A stretch of 53,508 bases of DNA, from positions 1 through 53,508 of the IMG/VR virus record IMGVR_UViG_3300049173_000142. The stretch is one strand, 5' to 3'. Position 1 is the stretch's first letter. Each line of letters opens with the position of its first letter. Shown in pieces: positions 18,543 through 28,181 of this stretch. Below the pieces are notes generated by a model. The model saw nothing but the letters and a program-made list of their open reading frames with translations. It made no database searches and had not been told where the DNA came from. The position numbers were made by a program, and so were the translations under genes. This stretch comes from a virus. Its lineage: Duplodnaviria > Caudoviricetes.

Positions 18543-19640
18543 TTACGCCCCGGCGGCCTCCTTAGCGCGTAGAAGCATTTCAGGCCGCGTGCAGATGAAC
18601 AGCGGGTAAGAATAGACTTCTGGTCGAACCCAAAAGTTACGCTTTTCATCGCGAAGCATCAGCGAATAGAGCGGACGGCCCAAGGTGTTAGCCCAATCCC
18701 ATGACTCACCGGGCGCAAAAGCCTGCTGGTAGACGCCGGGCGCATTGACCGGGAAGAACTTGCAGCGTTTCGACTGCACGCCCATACCATCCTTGCCCTT
18801 AGTTCCGTTCGTCGCTTCCGATGCGGCGAAGTCGAAGCCGTCGGCTTCCTGATAGCGAACGAAGAGAACGCCGCCGTAATCGAAACTTGCAATCGTGCCA
18901 GAGCGGAAACCCGAACCGTTGGCAACGCCCATTGCGCGATTGAGCGCCTGGGCTTGCTGCGTATTCAGGTACGTCTCGCGGACGCTCTTAAGTTTCGTGA
19001 GCTTGTTGAAGAAGCTCTTTCCACAAAGGCCGATAACGTAGGTACTCATATTCCAAGCGCCCTTGGAATTGCGTTTCATCACTTCGATGACTTCGCGGCA
19101 TTTCTCTTCGAGATCGGTATCAGCGGTATCAAGAGCGAAATCGATTTCGGCCGGCTGTGCGATTCCCCACTCCGAGAACCAATCGACAATAACTGAGCCA
19201 TCAGCGTCCAGAACTTTACCGAAGACAGCGCCCAACTTCATGTTTTCCCATGTCAATTCGACGTCGCCGACCAACTTGTTCTCGTACCGACCGACATAGG
19301 CAATCATTGTTTCCAGTTCCGACTCCGTGCCAAATGCTCGGATATTCTGGACTTCGGACGCTCGGATAGTGTGCCCCTTAGCGATGCGCACGGTTTCAAA
19401 GTTGCGGAATGTCGCGCCCGGATCGCGCTTGCCTTCATCGATATCCGCGCCGCGTTCCGACGTCGGAATGATGGAAAGTGTGTTACCGCGCCGCTCAATC
19501 GAAACGGATGTGGTAGTAATGGGAACGTCCTCGAATAGGTTCAAAGATCCGATATAGTTCGGCTTGAATTCGAAGTCCTCCAGCGCCGTTGTCATCGTCG
19601 TGGCGGAAAAGGCGTCGTCGTTAAAGATATCCATATGCAT
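18543..19640 (-). CDS. Major capsid protein (lambda gpE family)
   Basis: DIFNDDAFS..MT, IRASEVQNIRAFG, G.VLDADG, YSYPLFICTRP. Confidence 0.93.
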   Translation of the reverse strand: MHMDIFNDDAFSATTMTTALEDFEFKPNYIGSLNLFEDVPITTTSVSIERRGNTLSIIPTSERGADIDEGKRDPGATFRNFETVRIAKGHTIRASEVQNIRAFGTESELETMIAYVGRYENKLVGDVELTWENMKLGAVFGKVLDADGSVIVDWFSEWGIAQPAEIDFALDTADTDLEEKCREVIEVMKRNSKGAWNMSTYVIGLCGKSFFNKLTKLKSVRETYLNTQQAQALNRAMGVANGSGFRSGTIASFDYGGVLFVRYQEADGFDFAASEATNGTKGKDGMGVQSKRCKFFPVNAPGVYQQAFAPGESWDWANTLGRPLYSLMLRDEKRNFWVRPEVYSYPLFICTRPEMLLRAKEAAGA

Positions 19641-19669
19641 GTGAGTAGTTCCCTATTCCCCCGCCGCGC

Positions 19670-20053
19670 TTAGCGGACGATGATGCCAATTGCCTTGAGA
19701 GCGGCGATTGCCGTAGCCTTCGCCGGATCGGTAATGCCAGCGGGCCAAATCAATTCAGCCCCGTTAACTTCGCTTCCGCGAGCCGTAATGACCCCTTCGT
19801 TGTCGGCCGCCGAAGCATCGACGTCGCCGTATGCAATACCAGCGGCGATATGTGAGCCGGTATCGGGCACGGCCGCGACAGCTGCCAGCGGGACGAACTT
19901 CCCGCCGGTCGTGAGCTTGGCAACGACCGTGCCTGACCCGATGACCGCGCCGGAAGCGAACGTAACAACTTCGCGGCAATACGTGCCGGTCGCGGTTTCC
20001 GTTTCGCCCATCAGATAAGCGCCGACGCGTCGGCCTTGAGTAAGTACAGTCAT
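19670..20053 (-). CDS. Head decoration protein (gpD-like)
   Basis: CREVVT..GTVVAK..AAGI..VDASAAD..L.WPAG..LKAIGIIVR; AGGAG RBS before ATG 20053. Confidence 0.85.
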   Translation of the reverse strand: MTVLTQGRRVGAYLMGETETATGTYCREVVTFASGAVIGSGTVVAKLTTGGKFVPLAAVAAVPDTGSHIAAGIAYGDVDASAADNEGVITARGSEVNGAELIWPAGITDPAKATAIAALKAIGIIVR

Positions 20054-20073
20054 CAGTTCGACTCCTATGCGCC

Positions 20074-20526
20074 TTAGCGCTTCAACGATTTCTTCCAAGC
20101 GGACATTTTGGCTTCCGGCGTAAGGCCGCCTGCCTTAGCGGCGTTGCCGCCGCGCGGCGTTACGACCGCCGACGTTTCGATATTGTCAACTTCGGCGGCG
20201 GCGTTGAGAACACGGGTACGCGCCGTTTCAAGCGACATGCCATTTTCGATAGCCTTCGAAGCATCAAACCTGACACCGAGGCGGCTAGCCTGGGCGGCTA
20301 GACTGTGAAGACCGGAGCAACGTGCAGTTTCAGCTTTCACCGCCGAGGCCATCGCTTCGGGCGAACCGGCTGTTGCTTCCGTGGTCGGTGTCGTTACGTC
20401 TACGTCTTCCGCGCCTGTTTCAACGTCGGTATTAACTTCGGTCGTGTCATTTTCGACGTCGTCGGCTGCGGCTGGTGCGCTTGCGGTGGAAGCGTTGAGG
20501 CGATTAGTAACGGCACGCTTAGACAT
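20074..20526 (-). CDS. Putative capsid scaffolding protein (Nu3-like position)
   Basis: Acidic Ala/Thr-rich N-terminus, AETARCSGL..AIENGMSLE..R; lies between protease and decoration gene. Confidence 0.6.
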   Translation of the reverse strand: MSKRAVTNRLNASTASAPAAADDVENDTTEVNTDVETGAEDVDVTTPTTEATAGSPEAMASAVKAETARCSGLHSLAAQASRLGVRFDASKAIENGMSLETARTRVLNAAAEVDNIETSAVVTPRGGNAAKAGGLTPEAKMSAWKKSLKR

Positions 20527-21425
20527 GAAGTTAATCCTGTGGTTGTCGCGGTCTGCGACGGTTCAATTGACACTTCGTCAACACTTGCGGCAAAGGCGTT
20601 TAAGGCTTCTTGGATAGTTCCAACTTCGTCAGCCAAACCCGATTCTACTGCAAGATCACCAAAGTACGTTTTGGCTTTGGTATCTCGTATCTGTTGCGCC
20701 GTCATTCCACGATTCTGCGAAACGACTTCTACAAACATGTCGTAAAGGTGCTTCACATCGGCGGCGATTGCTTCGTGCGCTGGATCCGACAAAGGTTCGT
20801 GCGGATTGCCGTCAACCTTCGTTTCGCCCTCAAAGATATAGGTCCACTTAACACCGGCCTTCTTATCAGCTTCGCTTACGTCGATATGAGCGGCGACCAC
20901 GCCGATGCTTCCAATGTTGCCAGTGCGCGTCGTCCAAATCTCATCGGCCGCTGTGGCGATGGCGTATGCAGCCGAGGCGGCGTTTTCATTGGCATGAGCC
21001 CAAACCGGAATGCTCCGGCGTTCCGCCATTTCTTGAATATGGTCTACGCAATCGAAGCATCCGCCAGCTTCACCGCCCGGCGAATCTATCTCGATGAACA
21101 GCCCGCGAAGAAATTTGACGGAACCGATTTCATCGATAGCGCGGTTGATAGCATCGTAGCTTATCATTCCGCACAAACTATCCAGCCACGACCCGCGCCG
21201 GACAAGTGTCCCGACGATACGCAAGTATGCGATCCCGCTACCCTCAATCATGCACCAAAGGCCGTTACCGTCGCCCAGGTCTAGCGGTTCATCGTCAAAC
21301 GCTTTTATCGGGACGCCATGAAACAAGTGCGGCGCGATGGTCGAAACCATGGCGTCAAGCTTGCGCGGGTCTACCATATGAGGCGTCCCGAAAAGCGTCG
21401 CCGCTATGAACGGAAAATCACGCAT
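20400..21425 (-). CDS. Prohead protease, S49/SppA (lambda gpC-like)
   Basis: IDSPGGEAGG, AASAAYAIA, GSIGVVAAH, GNPHEPL; start ATG 21425. Confidence 0.92.
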   Translation of the reverse strand: MRDFPFIAATLFGTPHMVDPRKLDAMVSTIAPHLFHGVPIKAFDDEPLDLGDGNGLWCMIEGSGIAYLRIVGTLVRRGSWLDSLCGMISYDAINRAIDEIGSVKFLRGLFIEIDSPGGEAGGCFDCVDHIQEMAERRSIPVWAHANENAASAAYAIATAADEIWTTRTGNIGSIGVVAAHIDVSEADKKAGVKWTYIFEGETKVDGNPHEPLSDPAHEAIAADVKHLYDMFVEVVSQNRGMTAQQIRDTKAKTYFGDLAVESGLADEVGTIQEALNAFAASVDEVSIEPSQTATTTGLTSCLSVPLLIASTLPPQAHQPQPTTSKMTRPKLIPTLKQARKT

Positions 21426-22944
21426 CTTTCGCCCCTGTATCCTTGTGCATGGTGTCGTCGTTTTCCTTGGCGGGCTGCGGTTTACGGCCCTGCGGTGCCG
21501 ACATTGGCGCGACGTCGTTGCCCGCATCGGTGTCGAAGATAAGATCGCGGTCGGCCGCCTCGGCGCGCTCTTCCGCAATTTCATCGTCAAGGTCTTCGCG
21601 GTCGTAGCCGCGTTCCGCGACGGCTTGCGTCCGGGATTTCAACCCGGCTTTGATGGCGTCTTTTTCGGCGGCAACATCGCGTTCCGGGTCGATCCATTCC
21701 GAACGAGGCATGAGCCATTCCGCCGCCCAATATACGGACGGGTCTTTGTCGTAGCCGGGTAACTCAACCAGCCCGGAAAGGTATGCGCGCTCAACGAACG
21801 TTTTCCATACCGGGCGCAACAGCTGGAATCCGATGGTGTTGTACTGCCATTGGTTAACGCGGCGGCGAAATTGGATGATGGAAGTGCGGACGTTTGAGAA
21901 GTTGCCGCGCGTCACATCACCGGTAACGATAGCGTACGGCATGCCAAGACCGGCGCATATCTTCAACAGATTGCGGTACTGGAATGGTTCGTAAGACCCG
22001 CCGACTTCGGTAGGCGAGGAAAATCTGATATCGCGTTCGTCGCCCAGGTCGATAATTGCGCCCGGTTCCATGCTAGCGATAGGGTCGCCGTCGTCGGTTT
22101 GGTCTTCGCCTTCAAGGTCCAAGGGCACTTCACCGCGACCGACAAGAAACGCGGTAAACAGTGCCGACGTTTTTTTGCGCTCAAGTTCCGCGTCGTCGTA
22201 TATCTCAAGGCCAAAGACCTTCACCAAAATGCGGGCGACACGCGGGACACCGCGAATCTGCCCGCCCTGCCGACCCTCAAGAATATGAACAACATCGGCC
22301 GCATCAACAATCACGCGGTCCCGCATAGTTGCCGCCATCGGCGGCCGGTCGTCATACGGATGCCACCGCCAGAAGTGATAGGCGACGCGGCGGCCGATAG
22401 AATCAAACTCAATACCGGCGCGAATATAATTCCCGTTGGCGGCGGTCGCATTATATGCGGTGTCCAGCATTTCCGATTGGAGCATTTGAAGCTGAAAAGG
22501 AACGGTCCACATATCGCCGGGCCGACGTGAGCGGATCCGAACAAAGCATTCGCCAGCTATGAAGACTTCGCGGGCGATCTTTTCCTGCAAGCCATAAAAG
22601 TCGGACATGCCGTCGGCGTCGGCTTCTTCGGTCCAGCGCCAAAAGAGATCAAGCAATTCCCGCTTTTTTGCTTTGTCCTTGATCCTTGGACGCGGCTTGA
22701 TGCCATCGGAGATCGCGGCCGAAGCCCATTCGTCAACGGCGTTTCCGCAAAAGCCTTCGTTCTCATAAAGCCACCGGGCACGGGCTAGAAGCGTCGGCCC
22801 GGCTTTCTGTATGGCAACATTGATATGGTTTTTCGATGGATTGAAGCCACGCAAACGCCGCCCATTGCCGGACGCTTCGAACGGCGGTGTTGCCCGACTC
22901 GGAATGCCGAAGGCGTTCATCACGGTTTTGAGCAAGCCAGCCAT
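21418..22944 (-). CDS. Portal protein, lambda family
   Basis: DFYGLQ..GECF, GIEFD.IGRRVAYH, GQIRGVP, NFSNVR, WIDPERD. Confidence 0.95.
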   Translation of the reverse strand: MAGLLKTVMNAFGIPSRATPPFEASGNGRRLRGFNPSKNHINVAIQKAGPTLLARARWLYENEGFCGNAVDEWASAAISDGIKPRPRIKDKAKKRELLDLFWRWTEEADADGMSDFYGLQEKIAREVFIAGECFVRIRSRRPGDMWTVPFQLQMLQSEMLDTAYNATAANGNYIRAGIEFDSIGRRVAYHFWRWHPYDDRPPMAATMRDRVIVDAADVVHILEGRQGGQIRGVPRVARILVKVFGLEIYDDAELERKKTSALFTAFLVGRGEVPLDLEGEDQTDDGDPIASMEPGAIIDLGDERDIRFSSPTEVGGSYEPFQYRNLLKICAGLGMPYAIVTGDVTRGNFSNVRTSIIQFRRRVNQWQYNTIGFQLLRPVWKTFVERAYLSGLVELPGYDKDPSVYWAAEWLMPRSEWIDPERDVAAEKDAIKAGLKSRTQAVAERGYDREDLDDEIAEERAEAADRDLIFDTDAGNDVAPMSAPQGRKPQPAKENDDTMHKDTGAKDA

Positions 22945-23174
22945 CAGTAACCACGCCTCGCATTGACATAGAACACGCGTTTGCGCGGACGGCCTTCAAG
23001 TTCGGCTATTTCGTCGTTGATCCCGCTGAGTGCAATTTGCATTTCGGAAAGGCTGCGATACTGCACCTTCTTATCTCCGTGCTGCACCGAAAGCGCGCCG
23101 GTGCGAATAGCACGCAACAGAGCTTGCCGTTGAAGCTTGAGCGCTGCGATTAGAAGTTCGTTATCTGTTGCCAT
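22944..23174 (-). CDS. Head completion protein (lambda gpW-like)
   Basis: TGALSVQHGDKKVQYRSLSEM..I..LE; lies between terminase and portal. Confidence 0.85.
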   Translation of the reverse strand: MATDNELLIAALKLQRQALLRAIRTGALSVQHGDKKVQYRSLSEMQIALSGINDEIAELEGRPRKRVFYVNARRGY

Positions 23175-23178
23175 TTCT

Positions 23179-25173
23179 TTACCGCATGAAACCACTGGCG
23201 ACGACGCGCGGTCGTTTCCGTTTGCGCTTTATCGCAGTTGCCTTGCTTCCGGTCGTCCCACGATTTTGCGAAGCGTCGTCGTCGGGCGAGGTCGGCGCAT
23301 CCTGGGCGGCTTCCGGTTCCGGCTCTTCCGGCATTAAGCCGCGCTCTTCCAAATGCGTTTCGATGCGCTTCGCTTCGCGGTTCAAGACGACGCCAGCGAT
23401 GATAAGGCCCTGCAATGCAGCATAGGCGTAGACGCGACAGTCAAACGCTTCGTTGCGGGCGTGGTCGGGTTTCCACCATTCGATAATCTTGAAGCCCTTC
23501 GCATACCGGGTTTTCTTCCGCTCAACGGTAAGCTGTTCGAAATAGTCTTTGTCCCGGTCTTTGTTAAAGTGGCATGCGCCCGCGCCCGATACTTCCGGCC
23601 CGACTTTATCTAGTCGCGCGGTTATAATCTCTTTCGCGGCGTCAACGCCGATAGCGTAAAGATTGACCTTGCCCTTATTGTTGCGGCTTGGCTTCCGTGG
23701 CCACACCGGGCGCTTACCGGCATAACCCTTGATCGCCCATATCCGGCGACCCTCTCGCGGTCGGACATACCGATACGCCGCTTGCGTGTTCGCGCCGCCG
23801 GTATCTATAGCCGTGGCACTGATGGCAATCCCGTTGTCTAGCGCGGGATGATCCCAACGCTTCGAAAGATAGTCGTCCAGCTGGTCCCAAACCTCTTGTG
23901 CCGACGGGTCGCCCGTAAAAACCTGATAGTCGATGTTCCAACTTTCTTCGTCGCGGCCCCATCCGACGACTTCGCATTCCAAGCGGTCGGGCTGGACGTC
24001 TACGCCAGCGGTAAGGATGGCGACTTTCGCGGGGACGCCTTCATATGCTTCGGTCTTGCCAAGCAGGGAGTCCGGGTCAACCTTATCGCCGCTTACGTCT
24101 TCCCACTCTTCGCCGAGCACCGTATTGATGAATGGTTGCAATAGTGCCGGGTCATCCTTCGCGGCGATGAATTCCCGAACACATTCCGCCCAGGTAAACC
24201 ACGGGCTATAAAGCGCCGACAGATGATATGAACGAAGGTTCGGGCGCACCGGCGTCGCGGTCGGTATCCATTGCGCGCCGTTCGCTTCCGACATCAATTG
24301 ACCCTTGCGATGCTCTTCATGACGATGCTCGCAAAGTTCGCCGGTTTCCGGGTCATGCGCCGAACAAACGAAAGCGGCTTCTTCGGGACGACCGGCGGGC
24401 CATTTGATTTGTTTCCATGTAATGGGCTGCAGCGTTCCGCACTTGTCGCACTTCACGTTGTAATAACGTTGATCCCCTTCCCGGAAAGCCTTGCCGATTC
24501 GGCTGTTCTCTTTATTCGCCGGGGTGGAAAGCATGAAGATTTTTCGGCGGATAAAGTTCGCGGTACGCTTGATCGCAAGCATGACCGGGTCGCCTTCGTC
24601 GTCGGCGCTGGCGGGATAGCCGTCCACTTCGTCAAGCACTAGATAGCGCATCGGCATGGACCGAAGTCCGGCCGCGCTGTTCGCACCGGTAAGGACAACA
24701 ACGCCGCCGTCAAATTCCTTGGAAAGCTGAGTGTTACCACTATCACGCGACCGCGAAGGCGATATGCGTTCCGACAGCGCCGGACTTTCCTTGATCATCG
24801 GATCGAGGCGCGTCTTCGACAGCTTCTTGACAGTCTCAACCGTCGGCATGACGTATAGCGCCGGGCCGGGACTGTGATGGATGCAATACCCGATGAAGTT
24901 GAGGCCAGCCTCGGAGAAGCCAACTTGCGCGCCCTTCATCACGGCGACCGTTTCAATCGCCGTATATGACGACAGGCTGTCCATAATTTCGCGCAAGTAC
25001 GGTGTACGCGACGTCCGCCAAAGACCGGCTTCGGCCGAGGCGACCGATGACAGATATCGGTTCCGGTCCGCCCATTCGGAAACGGTGTAAGGCGGATCCG
25101 GGCGAAGAGCGTCTAAGCCTTCATCAAATAGGTAATCGTAGCCGTCTATATCGACTGATACATGCGCGTTCAT
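23179..25173 (-). CDS. Terminase large subunit (lambda GpA family)
   Basis: TVSEWAD, RTPYLREIMD, KGAQVGFSE, LDEVDGYP, STP, GVDVQ.DRLE, RNEAFDCRVY. Confidence 0.97.
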   Translation of the reverse strand: MNAHVSVDIDGYDYLFDEGLDALRPDPPYTVSEWADRNRYLSSVASAEAGLWRTSRTPYLREIMDSLSSYTAIETVAVMKGAQVGFSEAGLNFIGYCIHHSPGPALYVMPTVETVKKLSKTRLDPMIKESPALSERISPSRSRDSGNTQLSKEFDGGVVVLTGANSAAGLRSMPMRYLVLDEVDGYPASADDEGDPVMLAIKRTANFIRRKIFMLSTPANKENSRIGKAFREGDQRYYNVKCDKCGTLQPITWKQIKWPAGRPEEAAFVCSAHDPETGELCEHRHEEHRKGQLMSEANGAQWIPTATPVRPNLRSYHLSALYSPWFTWAECVREFIAAKDDPALLQPFINTVLGEEWEDVSGDKVDPDSLLGKTEAYEGVPAKVAILTAGVDVQPDRLECEVVGWGRDEESWNIDYQVFTGDPSAQEVWDQLDDYLSKRWDHPALDNGIAISATAIDTGGANTQAAYRYVRPREGRRIWAIKGYAGKRPVWPRKPSRNNKGKVNLYAIGVDAAKEIITARLDKVGPEVSGAGACHFNKDRDKDYFEQLTVERKKTRYAKGFKIIEWWKPDHARNEAFDCRVYAYAALQGLIIAGVVLNREAKRIETHLEERGLMPEEPEPEAAQDAPTSPDDDASQNRGTTGSKATAIKRKRKRPRVVASGFMR

Positions 25174-25718
25174 TCTATAGCGTCCGGTTCCGTATCAAAT
25201 GGAAGCCGGGACTTCGCCGCGTCGTTAAGCGCGTCGCGCATCCGTGCATCTAGTTCCGCGACTAGGTCGGGAGCCTTGCAACCGACGACCGCCGCGATAG
25301 CCGGGCCGTATCGGTTCGCAAAGTTAAGCATCGCGTCACGCTGCAATCGCATCAGCGTTCGAACCGCGCGTTTCGCTTCATCAAGATCAATCGTTGAACT
25401 TTTTAATTTCTCAAGATTGATCCGTTCGGTTTCGAGCGCAATTTGCATGCGCTCCAACTTGATATCGTATTCGTCCTTACCGTCTTCGGCTTCGCGTTTC
25501 AGTTTGTTCTTTTTCGGCCGATCCTTTTCCCGCAAGCGAACGCGACTCAAGTCGGCATTGGTAATCCAGAGCGTCCGGGCAAGGGCTTCATCAAGCGACC
25601 CGTCATCAAGAACAGCGTCGGCAAGGCGGCCGTTTTTGATGCGCGAACGCACCGCGTTATCGCCGACGCCCATTTGCCGGGCGAATGCGCGGACTGAAAT
25701 GCCTTGACGATTTGTCAA
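25170..25718 (-). CDS. Terminase small subunit
   Basis: N-terminal HTH (ISVRAFARQMGVGDNAVRSRIKNGRL) plus coiled coil; overlaps the GpA start; TTG start with AAGGA RBS. Confidence 0.85.
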   Translation of the reverse strand: MTNRQGISVRAFARQMGVGDNAVRSRIKNGRLADAVLDDGSLDEALARTLWITNADLSRVRLREKDRPKKNKLKREAEDGKDEYDIKLERMQIALETERINLEKLKSSTIDLDEAKRAVRTLMRLQRDAMLNFANRYGPAIAAVVGCKAPDLVAELDARMRDALNDAAKSRLPFDTEPDAIE

Positions 25719-25784
25719 CGCTTTTGATCCTTTTTAGTATACATGGTGCATATTCCTTGTTATAAACGTTGACATATTGCAATC
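25703..25784. promoter_or_regulatory. Divergent control region (terS versus accessory operon) with two 17-bp operators and one 15-bp operator
   Basis: CTTGACGATTTGTCAAC 25703-25719 over the terS start; TATACATGGTGCATA 25738-25752; GTTGACATATTGCAATC 25768-25784. Confidence 0.75.
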
Positions 25785-25811
25785 ACGTTTACTGCAAAGA
25801 AAGGCCGAAGA

Positions 25812-26654
25812 ATGAAAACCCATACCGTGAAGTCGAATGCCAAGCGCCACGCGAAGAAGCTGGCGGAAAAGTTTCCGGATCTAGTCGTGCTTGAACCGGT
25901 GCCAGTTGCGCCCGGTGCCCGCGAATGGTTCCCGGCGGTCGAGTGGCGGGAATGGTCCGCCAATGGCAAACGGGCGATTGATGTGCCGGACGAAATTCAT
26001 GACACCTGTATGTTGATCCGTCCCGCACCCCTGCCCGACCTAGCCTGGCCGGATGACTTCGCAGGAAAGTCGATTGATCTTGATCCCAAGCCGGTCGTTA
26101 TTGGCGGCCCCCGGTTCGGCAAAACGGCGGTCATGAATGAAATCATTGAACAGGCTTTGGACGACGGCCGCACCATCGCAATAGTATCCGGCGGTGACGT
26201 TGTGGAAGTTCGCGGCGCTGGCGTCGCCAAGGATATAGCGCCCGGCGATTCAGAACTGGTCACAATTAACAAGCCGCGTTCGGTCGGTCCGTCGGCCGCC
26301 CTATTAACACCGGCGCAACTAGCGACAATGGCCGCACAACTTCCGCCACCGGTGAAGTCAACACCGGAAGAAATAGCTGCTCGCCTGTCCGCCCGACGTG
26401 AGCGGATGGCGACGAAGGCACTTGAGCCGGTGAAGGAAGCCGCGCCGAAGGTGCCGCGCGGTGCCATTATCGTTGAACTTTGTTCCCGTCCCGGCGGCGC
26501 GACACAAGCCGAACTTGAAGAGGCGACGGGCTGGCAACGCCACACCTTGCGCGGCTACATCGCCGGTACGCTTCGCAAGCGCGGGCACGCCATCGTCGTC
26601 AAGAAGATCAAAGGCGAACCGACACGCTACATCATTGAAGGCGGTGCAGCATGA
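25812..26654 (+). CDS. DUF3489-like (wHTH) protein with N-terminal extension
   Basis: C-terminal LCSRPGGATQAELEEATGWQRHTLRGYIAG..KRG..YII. Confidence 0.75.
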   Translation: MKTHTVKSNAKRHAKKLAEKFPDLVVLEPVPVAPGAREWFPAVEWREWSANGKRAIDVPDEIHDTCMLIRPAPLPDLAWPDDFAGKSIDLDPKPVVIGGPRFGKTAVMNEIIEQALDDGRTIAIVSGGDVVEVRGAGVAKDIAPGDSELVTINKPRSVGPSAALLTPAQLATMAAQLPPPVKSTPEEIAARLSARRERMATKALEPVKEAAPKVPRGAIIVELCSRPGGATQAELEEATGWQRHTLRGYIAGTLRKRGHAIVVKKIKGEPTRYIIEGGAA

Positions 26655-27313
26655 GCGCCGCCGTTCGCGATACCGTCGCCAAGGCGATTTACGACGAACG
26701 CGCCCGCACCGGTATCGGCTGGATGAGTTGGGATCAACAGACAGAAACCGTCAAGGAACTTTGGCGGCGATGCGCCGACGCCGCCGTAGCTACTATGACG
26801 ACCGCACAACCGACGGCCGATGAACTGAGTTCGGAAACCCGCCGGTTGTCCCATGTCATCGAACGGGATCGGACCGAAGTCGCTACGATTTTCGGCAAAA
26901 TCAAGAAAGCGCTTGGTCAATATGAATGGCTTCGGCTTGGTCGCGGTTCCTACGAATACGACGACGACCGGTGGAAGGATGAATTCGGGCTAGCCTTTGA
27001 CGCGGTGCTTGCAGCCGCCGAACCGTTACGGGATATCGCGGCGAACCGTGCCGACAGTCCGATGACGACACGTGAAGTCAACGAAGCCCGACAGTACAAG
27101 CCGTATCGGCCGCATTTCGTCCTGCACAAGAAACGCGGTTCATCCTACCGCGTGGACCATATCGAAGCCGAGGTGCAGTCGTCCCGCCAGTTGGTCGAAG
27201 GTGACACCGTCGTCGTTTATGTGAGCGCCGCCGGTAAGGCATGGGTCCGGCCGACAGATGAATTCAACGACGGTCGGTTTGAACTTCTTCGCTTGAAGGA
27301 CGGTGCAGAATGA
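26651..27313 (+). CDS. Hypothetical protein with C-terminal DUF1653-like domain
   Basis: HKKRGSSYRV..VVVYVS..WVRPTDEF.DGRF; ATGA overlap with the previous gene. Confidence 0.65.
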   Translation: MSAAVRDTVAKAIYDERARTGIGWMSWDQQTETVKELWRRCADAAVATMTTAQPTADELSSETRRLSHVIERDRTEVATIFGKIKKALGQYEWLRLGRGSYEYDDDRWKDEFGLAFDAVLAAAEPLRDIAANRADSPMTTREVNEARQYKPYRPHFVLHKKRGSSYRVDHIEAEVQSSRQLVEGDTVVVYVSAAGKAWVRPTDEFNDGRFELLRLKDGAE

Positions 27314-27456
27314 CGCCGGAAAACATCGCACGTATCCGCAAGCGCATCGCGGACGAGACAAAAGCCGGTGCCCGCTTGTTCTCACTAAAAATCGAAGATG
27401 CCGCATGGCTGGCACAACAGGCGGCGGAAGCCGCGACGAAAGGCGGTGCATCTTGA
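27310..27456 (+). CDS. Small hypothetical protein (48 aa)
   Basis: MTPENIARIRKRIADETK..., 4-nt overlaps with both neighbours; below the ORF-track cutoff. Confidence 0.55.
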   Translation: MTPENIARIRKRIADETKAGARLFSLKIEDAAWLAQQAAEAATKGGAS

Positions 27457-28181
27457 GCCTTCGCGTACTTGTCGCTTGCGAATTTTCCGGGACGGTTCGC
27501 CGGGCGTTCGCCGCCCGTGGCCATGATGCTTGGTCTTGCGACCTTCTTCCCGCCGCCGACCGGAGCAACAAACATATCGTCGGCGACGTCCGCGACCTAC
27601 TCGGCGACGGGTGGGATTTGCTTATGGTCGCCCATCCGCCTTGTACCCGGCTTTGCAATTCCGGCGTTCGCTGGCTTATCGACCCGCCGTCAACTCTAAC
27701 GGCCGAACATTACAGCGCCGCCGAAATTTCAGCGTACCGAACCATGAAACGCGACGAGCGGCTCGCCTTCATGTGGACGAAACTGGACGAAGGTGCAGCG
27801 CTATTTTCCGACCTATGGAACGCTCCAATTGAACGCGTCGCAATGGAAAACCCTGTGATGCATTCCCACGCGAAAAAGCGAATCCGCAACTATCAGGAAT
27901 TCGCGCAAACCGTGCAGCCCTATCAATTCGGGCACCGGGAAACGAAGCGGACATGCCTATGGCTTCGCGGCCTTCCGGCGCTGATACATACGACGCCCGA
28001 ACTTGAGCAAGAATATTTATCGCTTCCCGCCGAAGAGCGGAAGACCTGGGCGCGGGTCCACAACGCGACACCGGGACCGGCGCGATGGAAAGAGCGCTCC
28101 CGCTTCTTCGACGGTATCGCCAAGGCGATGGCGGACCAATGGGGCGAACCTTTCAACACTGATCTTTACGAGGCCGCATAA
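27453..28181 (+). CDS. Phage-type DNA cytosine-C5 methyltransferase-like protein
   Basis: VLVACEFSG (motif I-like), AHPPCT (catalytic PC), MENPV, QPYQFG..KRTCLW; TTG start 27453. Confidence 0.75.
   Translation: MSLRVLVACEFSGTVRRAFAARGHDAWSCDLLPAADRSNKHIVGDVRDLLGDGWDLLMVAHPPCTRLCNSGVRWLIDPPSTLTAEHYSAAEISAYRTMKRDERLAFMWTKLDEGAALFSDLWNAPIERVAMENPVMHSHAKKRIRNYQEFAQTVQPYQFGHRETKRTCLWLRGLPALIHTTPELEQEYLSLPAEERKTWARVHNATPGPARWKERSRFFDGIAKAMADQWGEPFNTDLYEAA

Noticed and set aside
16850-20190. Extra operator-like 17-mers GTTCCCATTTTGTCAAC (16850) and GTTTCGATATTGTCAAC (20174)
   Set aside because: Two mismatches in one half-site and mid-gene positions; could be chance, so not counted
45-25697. Numerous alternative-frame and antisense ORFs over int and the structural genes (e.g. 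6201-6965, 12424-13161, 20610-21284, 25162-25707)
   Set aside because: Shadow ORFs typical of GC-rich DNA; no motifs or RBS, and fully overlapping well-supported genes
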